Positions 20,244-29,963 of a stretch of DNA of 64,000 nucleotides are shown in pieces. The stretch's first letter is position 1. Every line of letters begins with the position of its first letter. Position numbers and translations under genes: made by a program. The DNA comes from Minisyncoccota bacterium (GTDB taxonomy: Bacteria; Patescibacteriota; Minisyncoccia; Phycocordibacterales; UBA1006). The stretch spans positions 251,429-315,428 of the forward strand of contig DASWYC010000002.1 in the NCBI GenBank assembly GCA_036405175.1, written 5' to 3'. The notes under the pieces were generated by a model. It was not told where the DNA came from, did no database searches, and saw only the letters and a list, made by a program, of their open reading frames with translations.

Positions 20244-21920
20244 TTATATATGTTCAACTTTTCCAATATCTTGAGTTTTGATAACTGGTTCTTCAACACC
20301 ATCGTACATAATTTTGCTTGAATCACGCGCAGTAGCTTCAAGCGCACCGGTTGCATGAACTTCTGCACGAGCAACATCATTGGTTATTACCACAGCTTTA
20401 TTCACCATCAATTCCATTCCTTCAAATCGGCTTGCATCATTCATTTCTAACGCAAGATTTGCCGCCGTACCGGTAAGCATACTGCGTGATACATCTTCTT
20501 GTTTAATCACAAGATCTTTCACTTCAAGCATACCTTCTAAGCGTGATGCATCTTGCAATATAATCTTCACAGCATCGCCCTTGAATGAGTCTACGGTAAT
20601 GCGTGAAATATCATGTGCGGCAATTTCAGCAAGTGATGGTACGGTGATAGTGATGTCAGGATCTTGTTCACGACCACATCCTAAACACCAATCGTCATTC
20701 TTTTCGTTAATCTTCAATACACTATCCTTAACACCAAACTGCAAACGATCAAGGCGAGCCTGCACACCTTGTGCAGTTACTGAGTATTCATCACCTTGTA
20801 TAACTTTTACGCGAGTTGAATCATACAGATCAAGCTTGGTAAAATCTTTCACATCAATGACTTTACTCACTGTTTGCTGCTGCGGAAGATTCTCAATATT
20901 ATTGCTAATCTGTGGCGCATATTTAAGGGCCAAAGTCCCTGCAGTAAACAAAGATACAATCCAAATACTCAACAACGTAATTACCGCTGTGAGGCCCATT
21001 TTTCGCTTTGCAGAGAGCATTGAAACACCAATAGCTGCAACAAAGAGCGCAGGAATAAAGAGGATAATAAATCCAAGAATCACGGCAATATAATAGAGCC
21101 CACCTGGAATAACTTGCTCAATAGGGAAGTTTATATACCCGCTACTTGCATTGAAGATCATATTGATTACCACAAAGATAAACAAGAGGATCATCATGAT
21201 CGGAACAACGGTAAGAAATAGTCCCATAAGTTTTACAAAAATCTTCCAGATACCACGTACCACGATACCAAAGATTTCAAAAATCTTTTCGATAAATCTG
21301 CGGAGTGGAGAACCTTCTTCTCCCATCTTTTTACTATTCTTAGTAAAATCATCAACGTGTTCACGCATCGTTTCTTTAAATGAGTTAAGCGTCATTGGTC
21401 CACCACGCATTTTGATCTTATCTGCTTGAGTAATTGCTTTTGGAACAAATATTGCAAGTGCAATATACGCAAAGATAAATGCTCCGGTAGTAAAGATAGC
21501 AAGGACAACAAAAATACCTCGCATCAAAAGTGGATCAATACCAAAGTACGCCGCAAGCCCCGATGCAACACCGGCAACAATTGCGTCATCAGGATCTCGG
21601 TAGAGTTTACGCGGAGCAGATGCTTCTTCTTTTGATTCTGACTGTTCTCCCGCTTCATCGCCAGTAATTTCTTCAACCGTTCCCATAGAAGTAATAACCG
21701 CATTCACATCTTCAAGTGTCACAATATTATTATGAGATTTAATAGCCTCAAGAAGCTGCTCGGCAATGCGCGCTTCAATATCATCAACAACATCCTGGTT
21801 GTCAGGAGTTTTACCAAAATATGATTTTATAGAATTCAAATACTGACTAAGGCGATCAAATGCATCTTCTTCAATGGTGAAGAGGCTGCCAGCCAATGTG
21901 ATTTGTAGTGCTTTTTTCAT
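20244..21920 (-). CDS. PspC-domain protein with C-terminal DUF2807/GIN-like beta-helix
   Basis: FTIEEDAF..L..YL N-terminus, LYRDPDDAIVAGVASGLAAYFG PspC motif, repeated DAS/DVS units. Confidence 0.88.
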   Translation of the reverse strand: MKKALQITLAGSLFTIEEDAFDRLSQYLNSIKSYFGKTPDNQDVVDDIEARIAEQLLEAIKSHNNIVTLEDVNAVITSMGTVEEITGDEAGEQSESKEEASAPRKLYRDPDDAIVAGVASGLAAYFGIDPLLMRGIFVVLAIFTTGAFIFAYIALAIFVPKAITQADKIKMRGGPMTLNSFKETMREHVDDFTKNSKKMGEEGSPLRRFIEKIFEIFGIVVRGIWKIFVKLMGLFLTVVPIMMILLFIFVVINMIFNASSGYINFPIEQVIPGGLYYIAVILGFIILFIPALFVAAIGVSMLSAKRKMGLTAVITLLSIWIVSLFTAGTLALKYAPQISNNIENLPQQQTVSKVIDVKDFTKLDLYDSTRVKVIQGDEYSVTAQGVQARLDRLQFGVKDSVLKINEKNDDWCLGCGREQDPDITITVPSLAEIAAHDISRITVDSFKGDAVKIILQDASRLEGMLEVKDLVIKQEDVSRSMLTGTAANLALEMNDASRFEGMELMVNKAVVITNDVARAEVHATGALEATARDSSKIMYDGVEEPVIKTQDIGKVEHI

Positions 21921-21925
21921 AAGAG

Positions 21926-22264
21926 TTATTTAATAAGAGTAGTAATAGATGCAACCAGGGTGGACCATGTCTCGGTAAGCTCAGCAAGTGCTTGCTTGCC
22001 GGCGTTTGTAAGCGTGTAGTACTTACGTGGCGGACCAGACTTGGATTCCTCCCAACTATGATCAAGTAATCCTGCAGCACGCAGACGACTGAGGAGGGGA
22101 TAGAGTGTTCCTTCTACCACCAAGAGATCAGCCTTTTTAAGTTCTAATAAAATCTCCGAGGCATAGGTGCGATCACGGGAAATAATGAGGAGAATACAAA
22201 ACTCCAAAATCCCTTTACGCATCTGAGCCTTGGTTGTATTGGTTGATGATTCTTTAGGTGCCAT
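21926..22264 (-). CDS. PadR family transcriptional regulator
   Basis: QMRKGILE, EGTLYPLLSRL, GPPRKYYTLT. Confidence 0.95.
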   Translation of the reverse strand: MAPKESSTNTTKAQMRKGILEFCILLIISRDRTYASEILLELKKADLLVVEGTLYPLLSRLRAAGLLDHSWEESKSGPPRKYYTLTNAGKQALAELTETWSTLVASITTLIK

Positions 22265-22280
22265 TTTTTTATAGTATCAC

Positions 22281-22307
22281 ATAGTACCTTGTTATACAAG
22301 GTACTAT
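22281..22307. promoter_or_regulatory. Probable PadR operator
   Basis: Perfect inverted repeat ATAGTACCTTG-N5-CAAGGTACTAT just upstream of the padR -10 box. Confidence 0.65.
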
Positions 22308-22389
22308 TATGAAGAAGAGTGGAAAACGGGTTTACACATTCAACAGAGAGGCATACCATTAATACATACCAGTAAGATACGAAAATAGT

Positions 22390-22800
22390 ATGCATACACA
22401 TACCACGTTCCAAGCGGCAACCGCATCAAAACGGCTCGTAAATTATCTGATAGACAATGTATTCATTGTTGTAATACTTCTAGCATTGTTCAGGATTATT
22501 CCGTTCTATAGAGAAGGCACACAATTTGTTGTTACATTGTTAGTGTACTTTGGATATTACTTTTTATTTGAATATTTTTGTGAAAAGACCCTCGGAAAGT
22601 TCATCACCAAAACGCGCGTGGTGACGTACGAGAATAAGAAACCAAGTATTGATCATTTCTTACTCCGCACTCTTGTTCGATTTGTACCGTTTGAAGCATT
22701 TTCATTCATTGCAAAACGACCGGTAGGATTCCACGACGTTTGGGCAAGTACCCGCGTGGTGTCTGATCAAGAAATCAGCAATCAAAAACTCCCTGAATAG
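22390..22800 (+). CDS. RDD family protein
   Basis: KRLVNYLID, TLGK, HDVWASTRVV. Confidence 0.9.
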   Translation: MHTHTTFQAATASKRLVNYLIDNVFIVVILLALFRIIPFYREGTQFVVTLLVYFGYYFLFEYFCEKTLGKFITKTRVVTYENKKPSIDHFLLRTLVRFVPFEAFSFIAKRPVGFHDVWASTRVVSDQEISNQKLPE

Positions 22801-22854
22801 GGGAGTTTTTGATATAAAATAAAAACTTAAATTATGATACACTGACTTTAATAT

Positions 22855-23283
22855 ATGAATTTAGACATTATCTATATCCTAGAATTATTTGCACCCATAG
22901 TTATTTTAGGAATACTCTTTATTATGGCCCTTATAAAAGTTTATTCAAAATCTGACACAAAGCACTACAAAGTCTGGGGAATTGTTACGGGAATTATACC
23001 TTCTCTCTATCTATTCCTTTCAATCCAACTTTCTGGATTTAATTTTTTTGAACCTCTTGGACCTAGCAATAGCTTTACCCATAGCGGTGAAGTAAGTAAA
23101 GCATGGATCTTTTTTATGGGTGTATATATTGTTCATATTATTTTTATTCTCCTCTCATTAAGAAAAAACTTACAACAAAATACCGCTCGCGCACTTAAAG
23201 CATTTGGCGGAGTGCTGCATGTAATAAATTCACTACTATTAATAGCTATCATTCTAGGAAGTTTGGCAATGCGTAGTATTTAA
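22855..23283 (+). CDS. Hypothetical membrane protein
   Basis: About four hydrophobic segments. Confidence 0.65.
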   Translation: MNLDIIYILELFAPIVILGILFIMALIKVYSKSDTKHYKVWGIVTGIIPSLYLFLSIQLSGFNFFEPLGPSNSFTHSGEVSKAWIFFMGVYIVHIIFILLSLRKNLQQNTARALKAFGGVLHVINSLLLIAIILGSLAMRSI

Positions 23284-23289
23284 AAAGAT

Positions 23290-23691
23290 ATGTCGAATCT
23301 CTATCACGGAAGTGTTGTACGAAATCTAAAGACGCTTGAACCTCGTAAAAGATACACACCAAGCCAAACTATTGAATATGCTGCCATTTATGCCACACCG
23401 TTACCAGGATTTGCTGCGGCACATAGTTTTGCGTGGTCATCAGATGAAGGAGTTGAACTTGATGTTGAAAATGGAAAGGTGACCATGCTAATCCCAGAAA
23501 CATTAAAAGAACGGCTTAGTATTCCAATTTCAATCTACACACTTCCACCTGATACTTTTGAACTCACTAAAGAGGAGGGAACAGGCGCAACGTGGCACAG
23601 CACTCAACCAGTAAATATTCTTCAAGAGAAAAAGTATTCAAGTGTTTTAGAAGCACTAACCGAAAATGGTGTAGAGCTAACTTTTAAATAA
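23290..23691 (+). CDS. Hypothetical protein, possible Arr/ADP-ribosyltransferase-like fold
   Basis: LYHGS...LEPR and IYATP motifs. Confidence 0.45.
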   Translation: MSNLYHGSVVRNLKTLEPRKRYTPSQTIEYAAIYATPLPGFAAAHSFAWSSDEGVELDVENGKVTMLIPETLKERLSIPISIYTLPPDTFELTKEEGTGATWHSTQPVNILQEKKYSSVLEALTENGVELTFK

Positions 23692-23692
23692 T

Positions 23693-24202
23693 ATGAATAA
23701 AAAAGTCACCGTAAATGACAAAATGCAACATGGATATACTTATGAACTTTCTGCACCCACCGGAAAGAAATTTGAGCCAGAATTTACACCCGACCTAACT
23801 CCAGCAGAAATGCTCAAGTTAGGAGTTTTTGGCGGTAAATATATGACTGACTGCGCCAAGGAATTTCCTGAGAGTTGGTTTAAGCATGCAAAGCTTTCTC
23901 CAAAGAAATATGATAAAAATATTAATTTCTTTAAAATAAAAGCAAGCCAGCCACTCAGCGTATGGCGCGCAAAAGGATGGATTAACGAGCAGCATGATCC
24001 ACGTGGATGGTTTCAATGGTATTGCCGCTATTATATGGGCCGTCGTTTACCAGAAGAAGATGCTCGGCAAATCAAGCGATGGAAGGCTATGCGTCGCCAC
24101 ATTGCACAGATTAAAAAATATTGCTATCCAGGGAATCTAAGCTGCCATCCAAAACAACGCCAAGCACTTTTGCATTGGGCGTATGATTCACGGAAAATGT
24201 AA
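23693..24202 (+). CDS. Conserved hypothetical Trp/Arg-rich protein
   Basis: GVFGGKY, DPRGWFQWYCRYYMGRR, QRQALLHWAYD motifs. Confidence 0.75.
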   Translation: MNKKVTVNDKMQHGYTYELSAPTGKKFEPEFTPDLTPAEMLKLGVFGGKYMTDCAKEFPESWFKHAKLSPKKYDKNINFFKIKASQPLSVWRAKGWINEQHDPRGWFQWYCRYYMGRRLPEEDARQIKRWKAMRRHIAQIKKYCYPGNLSCHPKQRQALLHWAYDSRKM

Positions 24203-24221
24203 AGTGATATATACTTCTAGT

Positions 24222-24863
24222 ATGAATCCAGAGAAATTCGGCCAAGAAAATGAACATTCCGAGTCAAAGCAAGAACTTGAGTGGCAAGAGTACTACGAAA
24301 AATCAAAACAGCTTAAACCTCGATGGACCTTGGTTCAAGCTCTTGAATTTGTAACTAACAGAGATTCCGCACTTGATATTGGCGCAGGGTCACTTAAAGA
24401 TGCAAAGTATTTGCTGCAAGAAAATTTCAACCATGTTACAGCTTTGGATGTTGAACCAGTAGCTCAAAAAGATGCCGACGCGTTACCGTCCGATAAATTC
24501 AACTACATTATTACGCCTGTAGAATCCTATGATTTTCCTAAAAATGAGTACGATTTTGTTTCAGCTCAATCAGTGCTTCCATTTCTCACCAATGAAGAAG
24601 TGTCTCAGGTTTTAGAGAACATTATGCAGTCATTGAAGCCTGATGGTATTCTTAATGGTCAAATTTTTGGCGAGAACGAATATTGGGAAAAGTTTTCACA
24701 TCCTGTCCAAAGTATCTACACCAAGGAAGAAGCAGAAAATCTTATTACATCATTAGGAGGAGAAGTTATTCTCTTTAGAGAGGTCGACAGACAAGAACCA
24801 AATGTTCATGGAAGTCTACGAAGATTCCATTATTTTAATTTTATTATCAAGAAGTCAAGCTAA
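24222..24863 (+). CDS. Class I SAM methyltransferase (TehB-like)
   Basis: ALDIGAG, TALD, SVLPF, LKPDG. Confidence 0.85.
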   Translation: MNPEKFGQENEHSESKQELEWQEYYEKSKQLKPRWTLVQALEFVTNRDSALDIGAGSLKDAKYLLQENFNHVTALDVEPVAQKDADALPSDKFNYIITPVESYDFPKNEYDFVSAQSVLPFLTNEEVSQVLENIMQSLKPDGILNGQIFGENEYWEKFSHPVQSIYTKEEAENLITSLGGEVILFREVDRQEPNVHGSLRRFHYFNFIIKKSS

Positions 24864-24868
24864 ATCGT

Positions 24869-25336
24869 ATGACCATTACATCTCAGCAAAATAACAATGA
24901 TTCTTGCGTATTCTGCTCAATTCCTGAAATTAAAACACGTACAATTATTGAGAATGACTTAGTAGCTGCCTTTCCTAATAATCTCCCTATAACTCCTGGG
25001 CATACCTTAGTTGTACCTAAAAGATGCGTTAAAAAGCTTGAGGATCTAAGCAAAGAAGAAAAGATTGCAATATTTGAGTTAGCAGAAAAGATTATGTCAG
25101 CCTTGCGACAAGCTTACGGAGCTGAGGGTTTTAACTGTGCATGGAATCAAGAGAAGCTAGCTGGGCAATCAGTACCACATTTTCACCTGCATATTATTCC
25201 AAGAAAAGAGGGTGACACGGGACTTTTAGGGTATGATCCAAGAAGTATGATTTATCGAACTGGAGATCGAGAACCTGCAACAGAAGAAGATTTGCTCGCC
25301 GTAAAGACCTTAATCCAAGATGCTTTGTTAGAATAA
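24869..25336 (+). CDS. HIT family hydrolase
   Basis: CVFC, GHTLVVP, AGQSVPHFHLHIIPR. Confidence 0.95.
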   Translation: MTITSQQNNNDSCVFCSIPEIKTRTIIENDLVAAFPNNLPITPGHTLVVPKRCVKKLEDLSKEEKIAIFELAEKIMSALRQAYGAEGFNCAWNQEKLAGQSVPHFHLHIIPRKEGDTGLLGYDPRSMIYRTGDREPATEEDLLAVKTLIQDALLE

Positions 25337-25344
25337 TCAAAGAT

Positions 25345-26007
25345 ATGATAAATAACCCTTCTGCGAAACAAATTCTTATCTATGGAGATTCTCTCGTGTA
25401 TGGTAAAAAACCTTCGGTTCCAGAACGATTTGATAGTGCTACGCGATTCACCGGTATCATCCAAGAACTTCTTGGTAATAATTTTAATATTATTGAGGAA
25501 GGGCTTCGCGCTCGCATGTTAGTAGGAGAGAATGTATTTTTTCCAGAACGAAACGGACTTGAACAATTTGGTCCAATTTTTGGAAGTCACGTACCACTTG
25601 ATTTAGTAGTGATTATGCTCGGTACTAATGATGGAAATAGTGGACAACATAGAACAGCAGAAGAGTACGCATCAACTCTTGGAAGCTATCTTGAAAAGAT
25701 ATCTACCTGGTGCACAAACCTAGGAATTCCAACTACTCCAAAAGTTTTACTAGTAGCCCCACCGCACATGCAGGCTTCAGAAATCGCTCAAGATACTGCA
25801 CTTACTAAAATATTTGGCGAAGCAGCAGAACAGAAGAGCAAAGAACTTGCTCCTATTTATGAACAGTTTGCACGAGAAAATAACATTGCATTTTTTGATG
25901 CTTCAACCGTTTGCAAAAGCGCATCAGGTGAAGGTGTTCATTTAGATATAGAAAATAATAAGTTGCTCGGTGAAGCATTAGCACGTAAAATTCAAGAACA
26001 AATATAA
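25345..26007 (+). CDS. SGNH/GDSL hydrolase
   Basis: YGDSLVYG, EEGL, MLGTND, EGVH. Confidence 0.92.
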   Translation: MINNPSAKQILIYGDSLVYGKKPSVPERFDSATRFTGIIQELLGNNFNIIEEGLRARMLVGENVFFPERNGLEQFGPIFGSHVPLDLVVIMLGTNDGNSGQHRTAEEYASTLGSYLEKISTWCTNLGIPTTPKVLLVAPPHMQASEIAQDTALTKIFGEAAEQKSKELAPIYEQFARENNIAFFDASTVCKSASGEGVHLDIENNKLLGEALARKIQEQI

Positions 26008-26010
26008 TTT

Positions 26011-26757
26011 ATGGAACAGAAATTCAATCTACTTTTAGAAGAAGTAAAAAATGACCCCAATATTCTTGGCTTTTGGTTGAGTGGATCTCGGGGTAAAGGA
26101 CTTATCACGGAAAAATCAGATTACGATTGTGTAATCCTTGTAAAAGATGAGGTATTCACTGATTATAGGGAGAAGTTTAAGGAGCGTGAAGATGAAAACT
26201 TTGAATTTTTTATAAAAACAATGCAAACATTTCAAGATCAAACAAAATGGGGATCTGACCAGCGGTGGAATAGATACAGCTACACACATGTTAAGCCATT
26301 AGTAGACAAGACAGAAGGAGAAATTGAAAAACTATTTGCAGAAGTCTCAGTAATTCCTCCCGATAAGATAAAAGAAGTAGTTTCTGGTTACCTTGATGCC
26401 TATATTAATCAAATATACCGCTCTCTTAAGTGCTTACGAGACGGGAATCTAATTGCTTCTCATCTAGAAGCATCCGAATCAGTGTCATTTCTTATAAGCG
26501 CCTTGTTTGGATTGGAAGGACGTCTTAAGCCTTACTATAAATATATTCAGTGGGAATTAAAAAATTATCCTCTTAAGGATTTACCGTGGAGTACCGATGA
26601 GTTTCTGGAAAAAGTTATCAGAATCCTTAGCTCTGGTGACAAATCTACTCAGCAAGAAGTTTTAAAATCAATTGAACCAATCTTTAGAGAAAATAATTAC
26701 GGAGGAGTATTTGATGCATGGAAAGAAAAACTTATGTGGATGAAAACTTATAATTAG
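26011..26757 (+). CDS. Pol-beta-superfamily nucleotidyltransferase domain protein
   Basis: LSGSRGKG....SDYD motif plus a helical C-terminal domain. Confidence 0.8.
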   Translation: MEQKFNLLLEEVKNDPNILGFWLSGSRGKGLITEKSDYDCVILVKDEVFTDYREKFKEREDENFEFFIKTMQTFQDQTKWGSDQRWNRYSYTHVKPLVDKTEGEIEKLFAEVSVIPPDKIKEVVSGYLDAYINQIYRSLKCLRDGNLIASHLEASESVSFLISALFGLEGRLKPYYKYIQWELKNYPLKDLPWSTDEFLEKVIRILSSGDKSTQQEVLKSIEPIFRENNYGGVFDAWKEKLMWMKTYN

Positions 26758-26763
26758 GAACTT

Positions 26764-27468
26764 ATGCATTCTATTCACTCTACAATCCTCAAAGAACTTA
26801 AAGATCCTAAAAATCAAAAACCCTCATCATGGGATACAGAGAGCTATTTGTTGAGCGGACACACATATTATGGCGTTCCAGTGCCAACACGCCGTAAAAT
26901 CGCAAAAATGTGGCTTAGGGAGCATTCTAATCTTTCAAAGAAAGAATTCTTTGATGCTATAGATACACTTATGAAAGGCGATTCTCATGAAGAGAAAACA
27001 ATTGCCGCAATACTCCTTGAATATTCACCAGAAATGCGTAAGACTGTAACATTTAAACAACTCAACGAATGGCTTAATCATCTGGTTGGTTGGGCAGAAA
27101 TTGATGCGCTATGTTCTGGGACTTTTAAAGCAGAAGATTTTATGATCGACTGGGATGGATGGAAAACATTTATTCAAAAACTTGTTAAAGATAAAAATAT
27201 TAATAAACGGCGGGCAGCCTTGGTATTTTTAGTCTATCCAATTCACTACATCTCCAACCCCGACATTGCTCAATTTAGTTTTGAAGTTATTGAAGAACTC
27301 AAACACGAAAAACCAATTATTATCACCAAAGCGATCTCATGGGTTCTGCGAAGTGGAGTAGGGCATCATACGGAAGCAATTAAAAAGTATATCCAACTTA
27401 ATCAAGATACTCTTCCTAAAATTGCTATTCGCGAAACAATACGAAAGATTGAAACGGGGAGAAAATAA
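26764..27468 (+). CDS. DNA alkylation repair protein (AlkD-like)
   Basis: YGVPVP, WAEID, KAISWVLR HEAT-like motifs. Confidence 0.85.
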   Translation: MHSIHSTILKELKDPKNQKPSSWDTESYLLSGHTYYGVPVPTRRKIAKMWLREHSNLSKKEFFDAIDTLMKGDSHEEKTIAAILLEYSPEMRKTVTFKQLNEWLNHLVGWAEIDALCSGTFKAEDFMIDWDGWKTFIQKLVKDKNINKRRAALVFLVYPIHYISNPDIAQFSFEVIEELKHEKPIIITKAISWVLRSGVGHHTEAIKKYIQLNQDTLPKIAIRETIRKIETGRK

Positions 27469-27515
27469 AAAGCATGCAATTTTTATTTGCATGCCAGTAA
27501 ATGGTTTTTCTTGGT

Positions 27516-27905
27516 TTATTTTTTATAAGCTATTTTTTCAGGATTTAACAGTAAATATTCAAATCCTTTAGCTACGGCAGTAATCCAGAGGATAATGCCT
27601 GAACCCCATAGAGTGTATGCGGTCCAGTACGAGTTACCAGGATGCCATGAAACTATAAAAAGAATAATTCCAACGACCAATGTGATTCTCGAAAATAAGG
27701 TAAAGATAGCAAAGGTGGACATAAATAAGAAGAATAGAATACTTATTATCGGCACCATAGGTATGAATATCTTTACAATGCTGCAGAAGATAAAAAGAAA
27801 GAAAGCGCTTAAGAGAACTTTGATCCAAATACCTAACAGGATTTGAAAATATTTTCTGATCTTTCGACCAAGAAGATACGAATATACTTTTACAAGTTTT
27901 TTCAT
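27516..27905 (-). CDS. Orphan membrane protein
   Basis: Hydrophobic 129-aa ORF; TTGACG-16-TACTCT promoter at 27934-27961. Confidence 0.6.
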   Translation of the reverse strand: MKKLVKVYSYLLGRKIRKYFQILLGIWIKVLLSAFFLFIFCSIVKIFIPMVPIISILFFLFMSTFAIFTLFSRITLVVGIILFIVSWHPGNSYWTAYTLWGSGIILWITAVAKGFEYLLLNPEKIAYKK

Positions 27906-28008
27906 TAATAAAGAATGTTTTGATTTGAATTACAGAGTATCACACAAGACTGATACGTCAAGAGGTAAGGGGAGAGTAGCGTGGGGGTTATGGTATACTT
28001 TTTAGACT

Positions 28009-28266
28009 ATGGCAAAGTCTCAAGAATCTGAAACATTACTTCACACATCTAAAGGCGGACGTGTGATGGGTAAAAAATATAATGAAGACCAAGAACGCAA
28101 CGTAGCGTTGTACACGCTTCATAAACTTGATCCGCATACCTATACCGCTTATTTGCTTGCTAAGATCTTTCAGCGTGATCGCAAGACGGTCTACGATATC
28201 ATCAAACGACTTCGTACTCTTGATGATGCTGGTGAGCTTTCGGGTAATTCATTTTTAAATGAATAA
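28009..28266 (+). CDS. Small HTH-like protein
   Basis: TAYLLAKIFQRDRKTVYDIIKR helix-turn-helix pattern; TGGTATACT box upstream. Confidence 0.6.
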   Translation: MAKSQESETLLHTSKGGRVMGKKYNEDQERNVALYTLHKLDPHTYTAYLLAKIFQRDRKTVYDIIKRLRTLDDAGELSGNSFLNE

Positions 28267-28880
28267 AAAATGCTGTACCTCAAAAAAGCGGATACAGCAT
28301 TAGCCGGGAAGTCTCATTCTAATCCTCTCAAACAAGAGCGAGCATATTTTAAGTCCCTATTAGCCATACGCTCTGACTTCACCTGGTAGAACATAGCCTA
28401 TCATACTTTTCTTAAATGAGTAATGTATCGTCTCTATTTTTACGTAACGTACCGTGGGGGTTATAGAGGGAAATTACAAGAGAGGAAATTATACATAAAT
28501 TAAATAAGATGTAGATATGTCTATAAGTAGAGCGTTACCATAGGAGATATTAGTTATTAGATAGTATTCAAATGAAACCGACAGAAGCCAAAGCCGGCCA
28601 AACAGATTAGACAATGGTGCAACGGGCGTTATTTCATGGCTTCTGTGTCGCAAAAGATATATTGTACGACATTCAAGAATCCCTAAAGATGAAGAAGTTT
28701 TCCACATACGCTTTACCAGCTATTGACACTACCCTGTCATCACATATTCCAAAAGTTTGGTCGCAATTAATATATTTAGATAATTACATAATTAATTACT
28801 TAATAAAAAATCCCTATGATCAAGCGGTCATAGGGATTCTAAATTACAATTTTGTTAAAAATCTAAACCTGTCTTATTTG

Positions 28881-29345
28881 TTATCCCCTCACCTGAGGGG
28901 AATACTCTTGCTCAAACACAAGAATGTAAATTTCTTCTTTTTTTCTTTCCTGTATTTTTTTATGATTCTTCTTAGTATCTGGTCTCCAGATAGGGCGACT
29001 TTCTTGCCAATCTGCATACGTATACAGCGTAAACAAAAATACTGCCGAACTGGCTAAGGTAACCATAGAGTCAAAGAACGGCACTGTTCTGGTAGCGCTT
29101 CTATCCAGAGGGATTATTCCAATAAATCGGATTATTAAATAACTTGCAAAGATCATTGGAATCGTAAATATAATCTTCCTCATTCCCAAACTCTGCTCAG
29201 CTGCAAATTGAGCAAACTGAGTATTGTAAAAACTTTGGTAAAGAGCATGAAAGACAACACTCCCAGATAATAAGGCCATCGTGAGTCGGATTCCGTAATA
29301 AAAGATTGCAGAACCACTATTTTGAATTTTATGTAGTGATAACAT
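28881..29345 (-). CDS. Orphan membrane protein
   Basis: Three hydrophobic segments and a basic tail; TTGACA-16-TAAAAT promoter at 29388-29415. Confidence 0.55.
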   Translation of the reverse strand: MLSLHKIQNSGSAIFYYGIRLTMALLSGSVVFHALYQSFYNTQFAQFAAEQSLGMRKIIFTIPMIFASYLIIRFIGIIPLDRSATRTVPFFDSMVTLASSAVFLFTLYTYADWQESRPIWRPDTKKNHKKIQERKKEEIYILVFEQEYSPQVRG

Positions 29346-29556
29346 CGCAAGGAGGTTTTAGGTTGTATTGTTAAAAAGAGTATATTTATTTTAAATAATA
29401 AGGGTATTATGTCAATCCCTACAAATTACTATAAAAAGTTATCAACATTTCTTCATCTTCCCTCTTGCAAATATAAGAAAGTTTGTAATAATGTCGTCAA
29501 TCAGTTTATTTTATACTTATCGCTGATTTTTTATTAAGTAGTATTTACACGACACC

Positions 29557-29838
29557 ATGACAACATTAGTTGATGACACATTACATCTTGGATATATCTT
29601 TGCCACAGGCGAAGGAGACGATACCACTACCGATTATCTAGAGACAGAGGAAGAATCAGATACCACATATAAACCAGTGGATCCTCGACATGTTCCTCAA
29701 GAAGATAGATTTGGACTTGGACTCGTTGGCGATTCAGAAGATGAATCAGAGGAAGAACCTGGTTCTGATGATTTATTGGAAGAATCAGAAGAAGACGAGC
29801 TTGATGGCTTTGGAGAAGAAAGTGAGGATAATTACTAA
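29557..29838 (+). CDS. Small highly acidic protein
   Basis: 34 of 93 residues are D/E; followed by a perfect hairpin terminator. Confidence 0.75.
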   Translation: MTTLVDDTLHLGYIFATGEGDDTTTDYLETEEESDTTYKPVDPRHVPQEDRFGLGLVGDSEDESEEEPGSDDLLEESEEDELDGFGEESEDNY

Positions 29839-29847
29839 GTTTCTACC

Positions 29848-29887
29848 CTAATACAAAAACACAGCAAATGCTGTGTTTTTGTATTAG
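29848..29887. terminator. Bidirectional terminator
   Basis: CTAATACAAAAACACAGC-AAAT-GCTGTGTTTTTGTATTAG, perfect 18-bp stem. Confidence 0.8.
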
Positions 29888-29963
29888 CCCAATTACTCAT
29901 TTAAGAACCAAGACTTCATAACATAAAATTCGCCCAGTTTCCTAGACGAATTTTATGAAAAGA

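Noticed and set aside
20380-21635. Long antisense ORFs in the track (e.g. 20380..21093, 60879..61418, 30977..31252)
   Set aside because: Shadow frames of well-supported genes, with no motifs or expression signals.
22390-27468. Integron cassette array
   Set aside because: Intergenic gaps are too short for attC sites and no intI is present.
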